DNA of 64,000 nt from the NCBI GenBank assembly GCA_965116905.1, contig OZ220732.1:3776001-3840000 (forward strand). The letters are read 5' to 3'. Source of the stretch: Longimicrobiales bacterium (lineage in GTDB: Bacteria > Gemmatimonadota > Gemmatimonadetes > Longimicrobiales > Gaopeijiaceae). Shown piece by piece: positions 49,777 to 60,149 of this stretch. A model generated the notes under the pieces. It saw only the letters and a list, made by a program, of their open reading frames with translations, did not search any database and had not been told where the DNA came from. Position numbers and translations under genes: made by a program. The stretch's first letter is position 1. The number at the start of each line of letters is the position of its first letter.

Positions 49777-50669
49777 CTCTCGTAGGTGTAGAGGAAGTTG
49801 GTGAAGCCCCGGTCGTAGTCGGAGAGCCCGTTCTGGCCGGTGAGCTTCATGCGGGAATCATACAGCTCCCGCATTGCCGTGGTGAACGCGTTGGGACGCT
49901 GACCAGGGGGGCGAAGACGCCTGAAGTCTTCGAGCACGGTGCCCGAGAGGGGGGTAGCGTCCAGGAGCTCCCCATAGCGCTCGGGATCGTCGCCGTCCAG
50001 CACCCGAAGGTTGCGGTAGACCCGTTCCGCCAGCGCGGCCTGGCGAAGCTGCGGGTCCCTCGAGCCCTCCAGCGCCAGGTACGCCAGCGCCTGCGCTTCG
50101 AGTTCCTTGAGGTAGCCCTTTCGATGGCAGAACTCGTGGGCCAGGATGTGAGGCTCGAAGACCCCCGTGCTGCGAAACACGGCGATGTCCCCCGACAGGA
50201 TGTCGCAGCTGCCGACCGCGAAGGGCATCATGAGGCGCGCCAGGGTCATCTCGCGCACCGAACTGCTGGTCTCGACACGCTGGCCGGTGATGGACGCGAT
50301 ATACGAGGTGAGGCGTTCGTTCACGTCGCCCGCCAGAATGTCCCGTTCGCGCCGCACGGGTTCATGGATTGACATCAGCTCGGCCGAAAAGCGCTCGACG
50401 TCCTCGAAGCGCCGGGCCTCGGGCATCTCGTCCATGTGCTTGATATCGGACCCGAACGTCGCGAGGAAATCGATCTTGCGGACGCCGCGGCGCGACGCCC
50501 AGTCGCTGAGCACGCTGCCCGCGTATGCGCCCGCCGCCGCAGCCTGGACGAGACGGCCCGGGAGGGTAGCTCCCATGAGGAGCCTCGAGGCCAGGGGTGC
50601 CGCGAACATCAGGTCGGTCAGGGAGACCGGCGAGTACGTCGCGCTGTTCGGGATTCGAATCGTCTCCAT
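49764..50669 (-). CDS. DUF3810-like protein with HExxH zincin motif
   Basis: AHEFCHRKGYLKELEAQALAYLA; C-terminal KLTGQNGLSDY. Confidence 0.7.
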   Translation of the reverse strand: METIRIPNSATYSPVSLTDLMFAAPLASRLLMGATLPGRLVQAAAAGAYAGSVLSDWASRRGVRKIDFLATFGSDIKHMDEMPEARRFEDVERFSAELMSIHEPVRRERDILAGDVNERLTSYIASITGQRVETSSSVREMTLARLMMPFAVGSCDILSGDIAVFRSTGVFEPHILAHEFCHRKGYLKELEAQALAYLALEGSRDPQLRQAALAERVYRNLRVLDGDDPERYGELLDATPLSGTVLEDFRRLRPPGQRPNAFTTAMRELYDSRMKLTGQNGLSDYDRGFTNFLYTYESAGC

Positions 50670-50780
50670 ATTTCTTCTATCGTGCCGTCGGGTGAGGGAC
50701 TGAGGGTCCTGCAGTCATGACGGGCGTTTATGGAAAAAAGCTTCGCCAGCCGTGCGCCAGCAAGGGGAGGGACCTCGACA

Positions 50781-51941
50781 ATGGACCACATCGACGCATC
50801 CGCAGACGGGATATCGCCCCTGTCGGGGGTGCGCGTCGTCGACTTCTCACAGAACCTCGCAGGTCCCTACGCGGCCCAGATCCTGGGCGACCTCGGTGCG
50901 GACGTGGTCAAGGTGGAGCCTCCGGGCGGGGATCCGGCGCGGCGGTGGGGACCCCCGTTCATCGGCGGGAACAGCCACCTCTTCCAGGCGGTCAACCGCA
51001 ACAAGCGCAGCGTGGTCCTCGATCTCAAGTCCCCGGACGGCCGCGCGCGGGCCCGCGAACTCGCGATTGAAGCCGACGTGGTGATCCAGGCGCTGCGGTT
51101 CGGTGTCGCGGACCGGCTGGGCATCGGGTACGGCCGAGTCCGGGAGGGCAACCCCGAGGTCGTCTACGTGTCGGTGACCTCCCATGGGCCCGAGGGGCCG
51201 CTCAGGGACGACCCCGGCTACGACCCGCTGATGCAGGCACGGTCGGGTCTGATGTCCGTGACTGGAGAGCGGGACGGCAACCCGGTCCGGGTCGGCACGT
51301 CCATCGTCGATCTCGGCACGGGCACATGGACCGCGATCGCGGTGCTGGGAGCCCTCATGGAACGGGAGCACACGGGGCGCGGCTGCCACATCACGACCTC
51401 GCTGCTGGACACGTCGCTCGCGTGGATGTCCTACCATCTGACCAGCTACCTCGCGACCGGCGAGCCTCCCGGGCCCATGGGCACGTCGATCGCCATGATC
51501 GCACCGTACGAAGCGTTCCCGTGCAGCGACGGATCGGTCATGATCGCCGCGGGCAACGACGACATCTTCGGGCGTCTTTGCCGCGCGCTGGATCTGGACC
51601 TCGCGAACGACCCCGATTTTGCTCGGAACGCGGACCGGGTGACCCACAGCCGGCGTCTCGCAGAGATGGTGGCCGCGTCGACGCGGGGCCACTCGGTGGA
51701 CGGCCTCCTCGAGCTGCTGAGCAGCCACCGCGTCCCGGCCGCGCCCATCCACACGGTGGCGTCGGCGCTGGAGGACCCCCAGACCGCCGCGACGGGAATG
51801 CTCCGTTCGAGTGCACACCCCGCCCTCGGGGACTACGTCGACATTCCGATGCCCGTGCGCTGGGACGGCAAGCGTGCCGGCCTGCGCCGCTTCCCTCCCG
51901 GTGCGGGGGAGCACCAGGGCGAACTGTTCCCGGAGGAGTGA
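50781..51941 (+). CDS. Class III CoA-transferase (CaiB/BaiF)
   Basis: PLSGVRVVDFSQNLAGPYA, DLGADVVKVEPP.GDPAR, NRNKRS, PGYDPLMQARSGLM, D in SIVDLGTG. Confidence 0.93.
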   Translation: MDHIDASADGISPLSGVRVVDFSQNLAGPYAAQILGDLGADVVKVEPPGGDPARRWGPPFIGGNSHLFQAVNRNKRSVVLDLKSPDGRARARELAIEADVVIQALRFGVADRLGIGYGRVREGNPEVVYVSVTSHGPEGPLRDDPGYDPLMQARSGLMSVTGERDGNPVRVGTSIVDLGTGTWTAIAVLGALMEREHTGRGCHITTSLLDTSLAWMSYHLTSYLATGEPPGPMGTSIAMIAPYEAFPCSDGSVMIAAGNDDIFGRLCRALDLDLANDPDFARNADRVTHSRRLAEMVAASTRGHSVDGLLELLSSHRVPAAPIHTVASALEDPQTAATGMLRSSAHPALGDYVDIPMPVRWDGKRAGLRRFPPGAGEHQGELFPEE

Positions 51942-52059
51942 GGAGTTGCCGCGGCGAGGACGGGCGGGGGGTGGCGCGGGAGCGCCTTCCGGGAAACCTT
52001 CCGGGGGTTCGCACGGTATCGGATATATGGCACGTTCCGACGGCAAGGAGGTTGTGCGC

Positions 52060-53142
52060 ATGTCCGGAAAGCGATTCGCCCGCTGCGCGACGCTGGTCGC
52101 GGCCATCGGGCTGGATCTCGTCTTCTTTCGTCCCACCGGGGGGCCCGCGGAACCCGGGGACGGCCTGCTGGCTTTCGCGCACGGCGATCTGACCGCGGCC
52201 ATGGCGCTCCAGGAGCGGCACAGCCCGGACCTGCTGGATATACCCGGCGTGGCCGGCACCGCCGTCTCGATCGGCCTCGACGGCCGCCCCGTCGTCAAGG
52301 TGTACCTGGCTGCCGCCGGTATCATGGGACTGCCCGCCAGCCTGGACGGGCACGGATACGTGACCGAGGTGACCGGTGCGTTCCGGGCCCTCGGCGACAT
52401 GCCGGCTTCCGGGAGCGATCGGGCGGACCGCGCGGACGAGAACGAGCCGACCGATCCCAGGCAGTCCTTCCCCCGGCCCGTCCCCATCGGCGTTTCGACC
52501 GGACAGATCGACGTGACCGCGGGGACCATCGGCGCACGGGTCGTTTCGGGCTCGACCGTCTACGCGCTCAGCAACAACCACGTCTACGCCAACCGCAACG
52601 CGGCCAAGCTCGGCGACCACGTCCTGCAGCCGGGCACGGTCGACGGAGGCGTCAACCCCACCGACGCCATCGGCACACTGCACGACTTCGAACCCATCAG
52701 GTTCTGCGCACCGTTCCCGACCTGTCCCGCCAACCGGATCGACGCGGCCATCGCCACGACCACCGTCGAACAACTCGGCAACGGCACGCCGGACAACGGG
52801 TACGGGACGCCGCGCAGCGAGACGGTCAAGGCCCGGCTGGGCATGGAGGTGCAGAAGTATGGACGCACCACCGGGCACACGAAGAGCCGGATCAGCGGCA
52901 TCAACGCGACGATGAACGTGGGCTTCCGCGACAACACCGCACGCTTCACGGGACAGATCGTGATCTCGAGCAACAACTTCTCCGGCCCCGGCGACTCGGG
53001 TTCACTGATCGTTTCGGCGGGCAGCGACGAGGAAGCGCGCCACCCCGTCGCACTGCTTTTCGCCGGCAGCCAGACCAGCACGCTGGCCAACCCCATCGAT
53101 CTGGTGCTGGAGCGGTTCGACGTCACGATCGATGGCAACTGA
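52060..53142 (+). CDS. Chymotrypsin/trypsin-like serine protease with N-terminal pro-like domain
   Basis: AGTIG, LSNNHV (His), IDAAIA (Asp), GPGDSGS (Ser), KYGRTTG; start 52027 or 52060, the latter with AAGGAGG. Confidence 0.85.
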   Translation: MSGKRFARCATLVAAIGLDLVFFRPTGGPAEPGDGLLAFAHGDLTAAMALQERHSPDLLDIPGVAGTAVSIGLDGRPVVKVYLAAAGIMGLPASLDGHGYVTEVTGAFRALGDMPASGSDRADRADENEPTDPRQSFPRPVPIGVSTGQIDVTAGTIGARVVSGSTVYALSNNHVYANRNAAKLGDHVLQPGTVDGGVNPTDAIGTLHDFEPIRFCAPFPTCPANRIDAAIATTTVEQLGNGTPDNGYGTPRSETVKARLGMEVQKYGRTTGHTKSRISGINATMNVGFRDNTARFTGQIVISSNNFSGPGDSGSLIVSAGSDEEARHPVALLFAGSQTSTLANPIDLVLERFDVTIDGN

Positions 53143-53398
53143 AGCCGTGGACGATTCCGAAGCGATGGACGATCCCGAAGCCGTGGACGATTCAGTGGAG
53201 CGGGCGCGCAGGCAGGTCACCCGGAAGGTGATGGGGATGAAGGGCGTGGTGGGCACGGCCATCGGCCTGCGGCAGGGCAAGCCGTGTATCAAGGTCTACC
53301 TGGAGACGGACGACGAGGGGTTGCGCCGTCGGCTGCCACGCAGCGCCGGCGGTGTGCCGGTGGATGTCGAGGTGACCGGCGGGATGCGCAGGCTGTAA
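53132..53398 (+). CDS. Small protein homologous to the N-terminal domain of the upstream protease
   Basis: MKGVVGTAIG...KPCIKVYL...LP.SAGGVPVDVEVTGGMRRL versus IPGVAGTAVS...RPVVKVYL...LPASLDGHGYVTEVTGAFRAL; possible starts 53132/53147/53165/53183. Confidence 0.8.
   Translation: MATEAVDDSEAMDDPEAVDDSVERARRQVTRKVMGMKGVVGTAIGLRQGKPCIKVYLETDDEGLRRRLPRSAGGVPVDVEVTGGMRRL
53141..53194 (+). repeat. 18-bp tandem repeat (3 units), each with an in-frame GTG/ATG
   Basis: gaagccgtggacgattcc / gaagcgatggacgatccc / gaagccgtggacgattca. Confidence 0.9.
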
Positions 53399-53457
53399 AC
53401 GGGACGCAGTCCGCTCGCGGCCGTTCGCCAGCGCTTGAGGCGCCCCGAGCCGGCGGG

Positions 53458-55239
53458 CTACCGCCGCAGACGCCAGAACCTGGATTCGTAGCTGAACACC
53501 GTGTACGCCAGCAGTCTCCCGGTTGGATCGTACGCCGGCTGCGTCTTCCGCGTCGGATCCGTCGTCAGCTGCTCCGAGGGTCCGCCGCCCAGGGGGACCC
53601 GGTGCACCTGGAAGAAGCCGTCCCGTCCGGGACCGATGTACGCCACCCACGCACCGGCCGGGGACACCGCGATGCCCGAATGAACCTGGTCGGACTTCCA
53701 TTCGTGGAAGCGCTCAGGCGTGCCGCCCGAACGCTCGACCAGGTAGAGCGCCTTGTTCCCGGCGCCTTCCGCCGCTTCGAAGACCAGAGCCCGGGAGTCC
53801 GGAGTCCACTCGGCCTGTAGCGCATCGTGGGGGAAGTCCCCCATGTCCACGATTTGCTGCGGCCGCGTCTCACCCGTTTCCAGGTCCACGGGGATGACGT
53901 AGAGAAAGCTCTTTCTCGCCCCCGCGGCGTCGCGCGTGTAGCTCGGGAAGGAAACCCACCTGCCGTCCGGAGACCAGCGGGGCCAGCCGGTTTCGTGGCC
54001 GTGCTCCGATATCAGGCGCGGCGACGACGGGTCGCCGGCCGGAATGAGATAGATGTCGTCCGTGCCGTCGATGTGGCTGTGGTAGGCGATCCAGCGGCCG
54101 TCGGGCGACCAGTGCATGCCCTGATCCTCCGAGTACGAACTGCGCACGACCCTGTCCGGCCCCGTCTTCGGCAAATCCGAAGAGATGTCGACAATCCCGA
54201 TATGCTGGTCGATATCGGGGTAGTTCACGTCATCGGTGGCAACGCGCCAGCGTCCGAAGGTGAAGGACAATTCGTCGCCCGCCGGGCTCCAGGTCGGAGT
54301 CTCGGACTGGAAGGCGGTGATCGGGGTGACGTCGCCGCCGCCGGCCGGGACGGCGGACAGCGTCACCATGTAGTATTGACTCCGATACACGACGTCGCCG
54401 TCGGTCGTGACGCCGGGACCGTACACGTCCCGCTCGGCGGTGGCGAGACGCTCCGCGGGGCCTCCACCCACCGGCCGGACCCACAGTTCCAGGACGCCGC
54501 GTCCGTCGGGGGCCGCGTAGTAGATCTCGGAGCCGTCCGGAGAGAACGCCACGTGGCCATACGGCTCGTGTCCGTCCAGCCAGGTGACGGCTTCCTCTCC
54601 GCAGGGGTACCGGAGGCGCTGCACCCCCTGCTCGCGTTCGATGCAGGCGGCCTCGCCCGCCGGAGAGACGACCGGCAGGAAGAGCCTGCCGCCCGTCGCG
54701 ATGATCTCGCCGGAATCGCCGGCCGCGCCGATCCTCCATACCCGTGACCCGTCCAGCCCCCGCACGACGCCTACGACCGACGAGCCGTCGGGCGCCCAGG
54801 TGAGTTCGAGCAACGCGTCGCGGGGCGGGAGACCGGTCATGTATCCGTTCGCCCAGAGCGTCTCCTTGGCGCCCGATGTCACGTCGTACAGGAACCAGTC
54901 CTGCCTGCGGCGGTCGAACGAGCGTTCGTGCACGAGGAGGCGCCGGCCGTCCGGGTGCCAGGTCAGGTAGCGCACCTGACTCGGCGCGAGGCCCAGGCTC
55001 CGCACTTCGTCTCCGTCCAGGTCGCGGACGAGCACTTCCCTGCCCTGGGTATACGCCAGCAACCGCCCGTCCGGCGACACGGCCCCGGCAGGATCGCGGT
55101 ATGCGACCGGTCCCATCTGGTGCGCCGTCGCAAGGTGCTCGGGATCCGGCGCGCGCGACTCGCAGCCAGCGGCCGCCAGGCAAACGGCCCCCAGGGCGAA
55201 GGCGGACACGGCCAGCCGCCGGGCACGCGCGGCGGCCAT
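53458..55239 (-). CDS. TolB-like PD40 beta-propeller lipoprotein
   Basis: Repeated SPDGRLLAY, WHPDGR, FSPDGS, WSPDGRWIAY, WSPDGRWVSF; lipobox AAGC; start approximate. Confidence 0.82.
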   Translation of the reverse strand: MAAARARRLAVSAFALGAVCLAAAGCESRAPDPEHLATAHQMGPVAYRDPAGAVSPDGRLLAYTQGREVLVRDLDGDEVRSLGLAPSQVRYLTWHPDGRRLLVHERSFDRRRQDWFLYDVTSGAKETLWANGYMTGLPPRDALLELTWAPDGSSVVGVVRGLDGSRVWRIGAAGDSGEIIATGGRLFLPVVSPAGEAACIEREQGVQRLRYPCGEEAVTWLDGHEPYGHVAFSPDGSEIYYAAPDGRGVLELWVRPVGGGPAERLATAERDVYGPGVTTDGDVVYRSQYYMVTLSAVPAGGGDVTPITAFQSETPTWSPAGDELSFTFGRWRVATDDVNYPDIDQHIGIVDISSDLPKTGPDRVVRSSYSEDQGMHWSPDGRWIAYHSHIDGTDDIYLIPAGDPSSPRLISEHGHETGWPRWSPDGRWVSFPSYTRDAAGARKSFLYVIPVDLETGETRPQQIVDMGDFPHDALQAEWTPDSRALVFEAAEGAGNKALYLVERSGGTPERFHEWKSDQVHSGIAVSPAGAWVAYIGPGRDGFFQVHRVPLGGGPSEQLTTDPTRKTQPAYDPTGRLLAYTVFSYESRFWRLRR

Positions 55240-55398
55240 GGAGGACCTCCGGCGACGATTCCACGGCGTTGTCTGCATGCTTGTACGATAGAAGATCACC
55301 GCGCTACTTGGCTATCACGCGCCCCACGGCGCACATTGGATACGCGTCGGCCCCGCCCGACCGGAAGAACAGGACCCCGACCCCGAGGAAGCACACTA

Positions 55399-57906
55399 AT
55401 GTCGATACGAGAACACCGTCCGCCAACGACCGAACTGCAACGTGACCGCCTCGAAGCAGCGGGGGTGCCCGCGCTCCTCGCGCTGGCGGCCTTCACGTTC
55501 CTCGCCCCAGCGCACACCGACGCGCAGACCGACGCCGATTCGGGTTCGCCAGTCCCCATTGCCGCCGCGGTTACCGCGTTCTCGGCCACCGTCGCGGTCG
55601 CAGACGGCAACATCTACGTCGGCCGGCCCGGAGTCCTCCCGCTCTTCCCCATGCCGGGCAACCGGCAGGGCGGCGTCCACGTGTTCAGCCGCGCGGCAGG
55701 CTCGTGGACGGAAACCGCGTCGCTGGCCCCGGACGAGACTCGGTCGGCGATCGGGTACGGGGAGGGTCTGGCCGCCGCGGGCGACGTGATGGTGGTGGGC
55801 GCGCCCGACGACGGAACGGGCGCCGTGTACGTCTACCGGCGAGCATCGGGCGAATGGCGCCTTCAGCAGCGCCTGACGTGGTCCGCAGCCGGCGCGGACG
55901 ACCAATTCGGCGCGGCGGTCGCCACCAACGGCCGCGACATCGTCGTCGGCGCTCCCGGGGCGGATGCGGGAACGGGCGTCGCCATCGTCTTCGTGGGGGA
56001 CGAGACGGGGTACTCGGAAGCCGCGACGTTGCGTCCCGGCGACGCGCCCCCCGGGGCCGGATTCGGCACCGCGATGGACCTCGAGGGCGACCTGCTCGCC
56101 ATTGGCGCGCCCGGCGGCGGGATCGCCCTGATCCCGGGCACCGGAGCGCCCAACTTCCAGCCGGGCGCGGTCCACCTGTTCGCCGGCGGAGACGGGACCT
56201 GGTTTCCGGACGGCAGCCTCACGCCCCCCGATCCCGGACCGGCATCGCTGGGTGCGGGCGTCGCCGTGTCGGCGGGCGAGATCTTCGCGGGGGCACCCCT
56301 GAGCGCCCAGTTCACCGGCACGGTGTTCCACTTCACGCGTTCCGCGGAGGGCGGCACCGGGGATTGGACGATCGCCAACGCCATCCGTCCCGAATCCCCC
56401 GCTCCCATGTCCGGCTTCGGTATGGCGGTTGCCGCTTCGGGCGACGACATCGTGGTCGGGACGCCGCTGGCCGGCGGCGGCATCGGCGGCGGTTTCGCGT
56501 TTCGCCGGAACGGGTCCGGCGACTGGGGACAGGTCGCCACCTTCGGGCCGGGCACCTCCTTCGCCTTCTACGGCATCGCGGTCGCGATCGAGGGCGATGT
56601 CGCCGTCGTGGGTGCCCCGGGCGCCGACTTTTTCGAGGGCACCGGATTCGTGTTCCAGCGCACCGCCGACGGCTGGGAGGCCGAGGGAACGATCATCGAC
56701 GACGCGGACGGCCTCGACGCCGTTCTCGGCGACGCGAGCGAGTGCGAAGATGGGTCCGCCGCCGGATTCGCGTGCAGCGAGATCGACCTCGTCGCCTTCG
56801 TGCCGACAGGGGACCTCGGGGGCGAGCGCGGGATGATCGCCAACGACCTGTGGGGCTGGACCGACCCGGAGTCCGGGCGGGAGTATGCGATCATGGGCCG
56901 CGCCGACGGCACGACCTTCGTGGACCTGAGCGATCCGGGCAATCCCGTGTACCTGGGTGAAATGCCCCTGACCGAAGGCGCGACCGCCAACATGTGGCGG
57001 GACATCAAGGTCTATGACAACCATGCCTATGTGGTCGCGGACAACGCCGGGGCCCACGGCGTCCAGGTGTTCGACCTGACGCAGCTGCGAGACGTGACGG
57101 ATGCGCCGGTGACCTTCGAGCCCACCTTCCTCTACGACGGCATCAACTCCGCCCACAATATCGTGATCAACGAGGAGACCGGCTTCGCCTACGTGGTCGG
57201 GGCGTCCGGCGGAGGCGAGACCTGCGGCGGGGGCCTGCACATGATGGATCTGAGCGACCCTGGGAGTCCCACCTTTGCCGGGTGCTTTGCCGACGCCAAC
57301 ACGGGCGGGGCGGGCACCGGGTACAGTCACGACGCGCAATGCGTCCGCTACCACGGTCCGGACACCGAGTACGTCGGACGGGAGATCTGCCTGGGCGCAA
57401 ACGAGAACGCGCTCTCGATCGCGGACGTCACGGACAAGGACGCCACCGTAGCGCTGTCGGCATCCTCCTACCCGAACACCGGCTATCTGCACCAGGGCTG
57501 GATTACGGACGACCACCGCTACTTCTACATGAATGACGAGACCGACGAACTGGGTGGCAACGTGTCCAGGACGCGCACGCTGGTGTGGGACATTCAGGAT
57601 CTGAACGACCCGATCCTGGTCAAGGAGCACTTCGGCACCACCGCGTCGTCGGACCACAACCTGTACGTGATCGGTGACCTGATGTATCAGGCCAACTATC
57701 TCAGCGGACTGCGGATTCTCGACATCTCCGATCCGGAGTCGCCCGAGGAAATCGGTTTCTTCGACACGGTGCCCTTCGGCGACGACAACCCCGGGTTCGC
57801 GGGAGCGTGGAGCGTGTACCCGTACTTCGAGAGCGGCGTGATCATCGTGTCCAGCATCAAGGAGGGACTGTTCGTCCTGAGGAAGCAGCCGCCGCGCGTG
57901 TCGTAG
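55399..57906 (+). CDS. Choice-of-anchor B family protein (FG-GAP repeats + LVIVD propeller)
   Basis: FGAAVA...VVGAPG repeats; NDLWGWTDP..GREYA, WRDIKVY, AHNI, YSHDAQC, YLHQGW, DHNLYV, GAWSVYPYFESG. Confidence 0.88.
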   Translation: MSIREHRPPTTELQRDRLEAAGVPALLALAAFTFLAPAHTDAQTDADSGSPVPIAAAVTAFSATVAVADGNIYVGRPGVLPLFPMPGNRQGGVHVFSRAAGSWTETASLAPDETRSAIGYGEGLAAAGDVMVVGAPDDGTGAVYVYRRASGEWRLQQRLTWSAAGADDQFGAAVATNGRDIVVGAPGADAGTGVAIVFVGDETGYSEAATLRPGDAPPGAGFGTAMDLEGDLLAIGAPGGGIALIPGTGAPNFQPGAVHLFAGGDGTWFPDGSLTPPDPGPASLGAGVAVSAGEIFAGAPLSAQFTGTVFHFTRSAEGGTGDWTIANAIRPESPAPMSGFGMAVAASGDDIVVGTPLAGGGIGGGFAFRRNGSGDWGQVATFGPGTSFAFYGIAVAIEGDVAVVGAPGADFFEGTGFVFQRTADGWEAEGTIIDDADGLDAVLGDASECEDGSAAGFACSEIDLVAFVPTGDLGGERGMIANDLWGWTDPESGREYAIMGRADGTTFVDLSDPGNPVYLGEMPLTEGATANMWRDIKVYDNHAYVVADNAGAHGVQVFDLTQLRDVTDAPVTFEPTFLYDGINSAHNIVINEETGFAYVVGASGGGETCGGGLHMMDLSDPGSPTFAGCFADANTGGAGTGYSHDAQCVRYHGPDTEYVGREICLGANENALSIADVTDKDATVALSASSYPNTGYLHQGWITDDHRYFYMNDETDELGGNVSRTRTLVWDIQDLNDPILVKEHFGTTASSDHNLYVIGDLMYQANYLSGLRILDISDPESPEEIGFFDTVPFGDDNPGFAGAWSVYPYFESGVIIVSSIKEGLFVLRKQPPRVS

Positions 57907-57915
57907 CGGCCGGCG

Positions 57916-59859
57916 CTACAGGACGGCGTTGGCGACCCACGCCCCCGCGTAGGCGAGGAAGAGCATGTAGCAGAACTGCAGGACGGGCCAGCGCCAGCCT
58001 CCCGTCTCGCGCCGCATGATGGCCACGGTGGACATGCACTGGAGCGCGAACACGAAAAAGATGAGGAGCGCCACGGCCGCACCCAGGTCGAGATCCTGTT
58101 GCAGCGCCGCCTGGAGCTCGAACGCCTCCTCGTCCTCGTTCTCGACCCCGTAGATCGTGCCCAGCGTGCCGACGATCACCTCGCGGGCCGCCAGCGACGT
58201 CACCAGGCCGATGCCGATGCGCCAGTCGAAACCCAGCGGCTCGATCACGGGCTCGAGGACCTGGCCGGCCTGTCCGAGTGCGCTGTCGCCGATCGGCGGA
58301 GCCGCGCCGCCGGGCGTCCTGGGGAATTGCGTGAAGACCCAGAGGACCACGGTGACGGTCAGGATGATCTTGCCCGCGCGGCGGAGAAAGACCTTCGTGC
58401 GGTCCAGCAGCCGGGTCAGAATCGACTTCGCCGTGGGCAGGCGGTAGGGGGGCAGTTCCATCACGAACGGTGCGGAGCGTCCGCGGAGCAGTGTGCGCTT
58501 GAGGAGCGCCGCGGTCACGATGGCCGCCACCACCCCCATCAGGTACAACCCGATCAGTACCGCCGCGCGCGTTCCCAGGAACGGTCCCAGCAGGGGTTGG
58601 GCCGGAATGAACGCGGCGATCAGCAGCGCGTAGACGGGCAGGCGTGCCGAGCATGTCATGAAGGGGGCGACGAAGATCGTGGCGATGCGGTCCCGTTCGT
58701 CTTCCACCGTGCGGGCGGACATGATCGCGGGCACCGCGCAGGCATAGGCCGACAGCAGCGGCAGGAAGGACTTGCCCTGGAGACCGACGCGGTGCATGAG
58801 GCGGTCGGCGATCACCGCCGCGCGAGCCATGTAGCCCGAGTCCTCCAGGATCGCGATGAAGAAGAAGAGGATCAGGATCTGGGGCAGGAAGACCATCACG
58901 GAGCCGACACCGGCCCACACGCCGTCGAGAAGAAGCGAACGGAACCAGCTCTCGGGAAGGACCGAGCCGAGGTAGTTCCCGGACGCGGCGATCGCGGCTT
59001 CCGTGCCGTCCATCAACGGCACCGCCCAGGCGAAGATCGACTGGAAGACGAGAGCCACGACGCCCACGAAGACCAGGACTCCCCAGAATCGGTGCAGCAC
59101 CAGGGCATCGAGCCACTGGGTCATGCGCGAAGGGCGCGGAGCCTGGAATCCGGCGGACCGACCAAGCTCCCGGGCGCGCTGACGGCGCTCCGCAAACAGG
59201 TCGATCATCGGAAGGACGCGGCGGCCGCCCCTTCCCTCGGCGTGCTCGGCCACCCCGACGATGGGACACGCGCGGATCTCCTCACCGCCCGTGTGGAGCG
59301 CCTCCAGGAAGGCACGCACCGGCTGCAGCGTCGCGACGTCGCGCGCGTTGACCAGCGCCACCTCCACGCCCAGCTCCGTCGACAGGCCCGAACCACGAAG
59401 CACCCCGTCCCGCCGGTCCAGCTCGTCGGCCATGGTGAGCACCACCAGGGTCGGGATGCCCAGGCTCAGGACCGGTTCGGCGATCATCAAGTGCGATTTC
59501 AGGCGCGTGGCGTCCAGAACCAGCACGACCGCGTCAGGCTGCCGGCCGTCCCCGAATTCGCCCAGAAGCACGTCGCGGGTGACCCGCTGGTCGAGACTGC
59601 GCGCCGAAAGGCCGTGGATGCCCGGCAGGTCGATCAGTTCCACCTCCCCGGCCGGCAGCCTGACCGTGCCGGATCTGCGCTCCACCGTCACGCCCGGGTA
59701 GTTGGCCACGCGCTGGCGGAGCCCGGTGAGATGGTTGAAGAGGGTGGACTTGCCCGAGTTGGGGGGACCTACGACGGCCACCAGCGGGGTCCCGTCATCG
59801 ACCACGGCCCCCTGCGCCGAACCCCGGGCTAGCGCGGCCGACCCGGCTCCTCCGTTCAA
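57916..59859 (-). CDS. feoB: Ferrous iron transporter B
   Basis: GPPNSGKST, VANYPGVTVE, DLPG, LEDSGYMAR, CAVPAIM, MTCSARLPVY, AREVIV, LQCMST; TTG overlaps the feoA TGA (alternative start 59805). Confidence 0.95.
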   Translation of the reverse strand: MNGGAGSAALARGSAQGAVVDDGTPLVAVVGPPNSGKSTLFNHLTGLRQRVANYPGVTVERRSGTVRLPAGEVELIDLPGIHGLSARSLDQRVTRDVLLGEFGDGRQPDAVVLVLDATRLKSHLMIAEPVLSLGIPTLVVLTMADELDRRDGVLRGSGLSTELGVEVALVNARDVATLQPVRAFLEALHTGGEEIRACPIVGVAEHAEGRGGRRVLPMIDLFAERRQRARELGRSAGFQAPRPSRMTQWLDALVLHRFWGVLVFVGVVALVFQSIFAWAVPLMDGTEAAIAASGNYLGSVLPESWFRSLLLDGVWAGVGSVMVFLPQILILFFFIAILEDSGYMARAAVIADRLMHRVGLQGKSFLPLLSAYACAVPAIMSARTVEDERDRIATIFVAPFMTCSARLPVYALLIAAFIPAQPLLGPFLGTRAAVLIGLYLMGVVAAIVTAALLKRTLLRGRSAPFVMELPPYRLPTAKSILTRLLDRTKVFLRRAGKIILTVTVVLWVFTQFPRTPGGAAPPIGDSALGQAGQVLEPVIEPLGFDWRIGIGLVTSLAAREVIVGTLGTIYGVENEDEEAFELQAALQQDLDLGAAVALLIFFVFALQCMSTVAIMRRETGGWRWPVLQFCYMLFLAYAGAWVANAVL

Positions 59860-60149
59860 TTGGAGCCGAGAACCCCCGCGGCTTCCAGCGAGCTGCGCAC
59901 GCAGAGGCAGGATGCCGTTTCCTTGCGCAGCGCGACCAGCGCACCGTCCACGCGGTAGACCGTGGGACCCCCCGCCGGAGCGTGCCGCACCGGACAAAGC
60001 GTGCATCCGGGCACGATGCCCCGCTCGAGCAGCGGTTCAACGTCCTCTCCGGCCACGTCGATCCGGACCAGGACAACCTCCTCTTCCAGGGGAACGTCCG
60101 CCAACATGCGATCGGCAGGCTTCTGTGCTGCTTCTGGCAGGCGCTTCAC
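59856..60149 (-). CDS. feoA: Ferrous iron transport protein A
   Basis: LLERGIVPG, APAGGP, VDGALVALRKETA; directly upstream of feoB. Confidence 0.9.
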   Translation of the reverse strand: MKRLPEAAQKPADRMLADVPLEEEVVLVRIDVAGEDVEPLLERGIVPGCTLCPVRHAPAGGPTVYRVDGALVALRKETASCLCVRSSLEAAGVLGSN

